This document shows positions 63,328-64,000 of a DNA stretch of 64,000 bases, in pieces. Location of the stretch: the NCBI GenBank assembly GCA_034530875.2, contig JAVRCJ020000008.1, positions 1 through 64,000 of the forward strand, written 5' to 3'. Every line of letters begins with the position of its first letter. The stretch's first letter is position 1. The notes under the pieces were generated by a model. It had not been told where the DNA came from, made no database searches, and worked only from the letters and a program-made list of their open reading frames with translations. Source of the stretch: Nostoc sp. DedSLP01 (GTDB taxonomy: Bacteria; Cyanobacteriota; Cyanobacteriia; Cyanobacteriales; Nostocaceae). A program made the translations under genes and the position numbers.

Positions 63328-64000
63328 ATGAACGAAATTGTCCTACAACAACAAGATCAAGCGGCTCTTCAGCAACAAAAGCCCAAGGAAATGATTCGTC
63401 GCTTGGTGTGGAGAATGTGCATAGCCACTTTGATTTTGATGGCGATAGGTTCTGCCACCCGCGTGATGAATGCTGGGCTTGCTTGCCCAGACTGGCCCTT
63501 GTGCTATGGCGAATTAGTGCCAGCCAAGCAAATGAATTTCCAAGTATTCTTAGAGTGGTTTCACAGATTAGATGCAGCTTTAATTGGTGTCAGCGCGATC
63601 GCACTTTGTGGTTTATCCTGGTGGCATCGTCGCTCGTTAGCCAGTTGGCTGCCTTGGGCATCTACATTTGCCCTATTTCTCATTGTTTTTCAAGGTGTCT
63701 TAGGAGGACTCACCGTCACCGAATTGTTGCGGTTTGATATCGTTACCGCCCATTTGGGAACGGCGCTATTGTTTTTTACCACCTTGCTGATTATTGGTAC
63801 GACACTCACACCCTATCAGGGAACTGGAACCGTTGGTAAGTTACCTTGGGTTGGTTTAACTGCTGCTGTTTTGGTTTACCTGCAAAGTCTTTTAGGTGCT
63901 TTAGTAGGATCTCGTTGGGCGCTACACCAATGCTTCGGCGATTCTCAACTTTGTAGCGTAATGTACAGTCATATTGCTGGTTTGGTACCGCCAACCGTGG
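63328..64000 (+). CDS. ctaA: Heme A synthase (partial, runs off the window)
   Basis: Translates as MNEIVLQ...GSATRVMNAGLACPDWPLCYG...FLEWFHR; divergent from ctaCDE. Confidence 0.93.
   Translation, partial: MNEIVLQQQDQAALQQQKPKEMIRRLVWRMCIATLILMAIGSATRVMNAGLACPDWPLCYGELVPAKQMNFQVFLEWFHRLDAALIGVSAIALCGLSWWHRRSLASWLPWASTFALFLIVFQGVLGGLTVTELLRFDIVTAHLGTALLFFTTLLIIGTTLTPYQGTGTVGKLPWVGLTAAVLVYLQSLLGALVGSRWALHQCFGDSQLCSVMYSHIAGLVPPTV

Noticed and set aside
63408..63737. 109-aa plus-strand ORF in the ORF track
   Set aside because: Alternative frame inside ctaA, whose true frame starts at 63328 and runs off the window

Overview
Chromosomal segment of a filamentous Nostocales-type cyanobacterium, judged by frequent HIP1 sites (GCGATCGC), heptamer STRR repeats and gene content. 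The first 2.7 kb is a minus-strand tRNA array of 21 tRNA genes plus one tRNA-like remnant, running off the left edge. It has a sigma70 promoter overlapped by three TGTAGTAT-type direct repeats and two boxA-like antitermination motifs. One array tRNA is split by a 100-nt nested repeat insertion, and all five tRNA-Leu lack the long variable arm. Most of the rest is housekeeping: leuB, pilD, accD, tig-clpP-clpX, asd-dapA-rnj, rpmF, malic enzyme, uvsE, purK followed by 6S RNA, ctaCDE and a partial ctaA. An atypical psbA of the D1INT type (W126/W260) is present. An accessory patch at about 34.9-43 kb holds a nonsense-disrupted PIN toxin-antitoxin pair bracketed by a ~94-bp direct repeat, a PhoD-like gene, an uncharacterised 157-aa gene followed by a 21/42-bp tandem array that abuts an N-terminally truncated adenine DNA methyltransferase, and a Uma2 nuclease. 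There is also an IS630 element, several MITEs and small HIP1-targeted insertions. All calls are from reading the sequence by eye; no searches were run.
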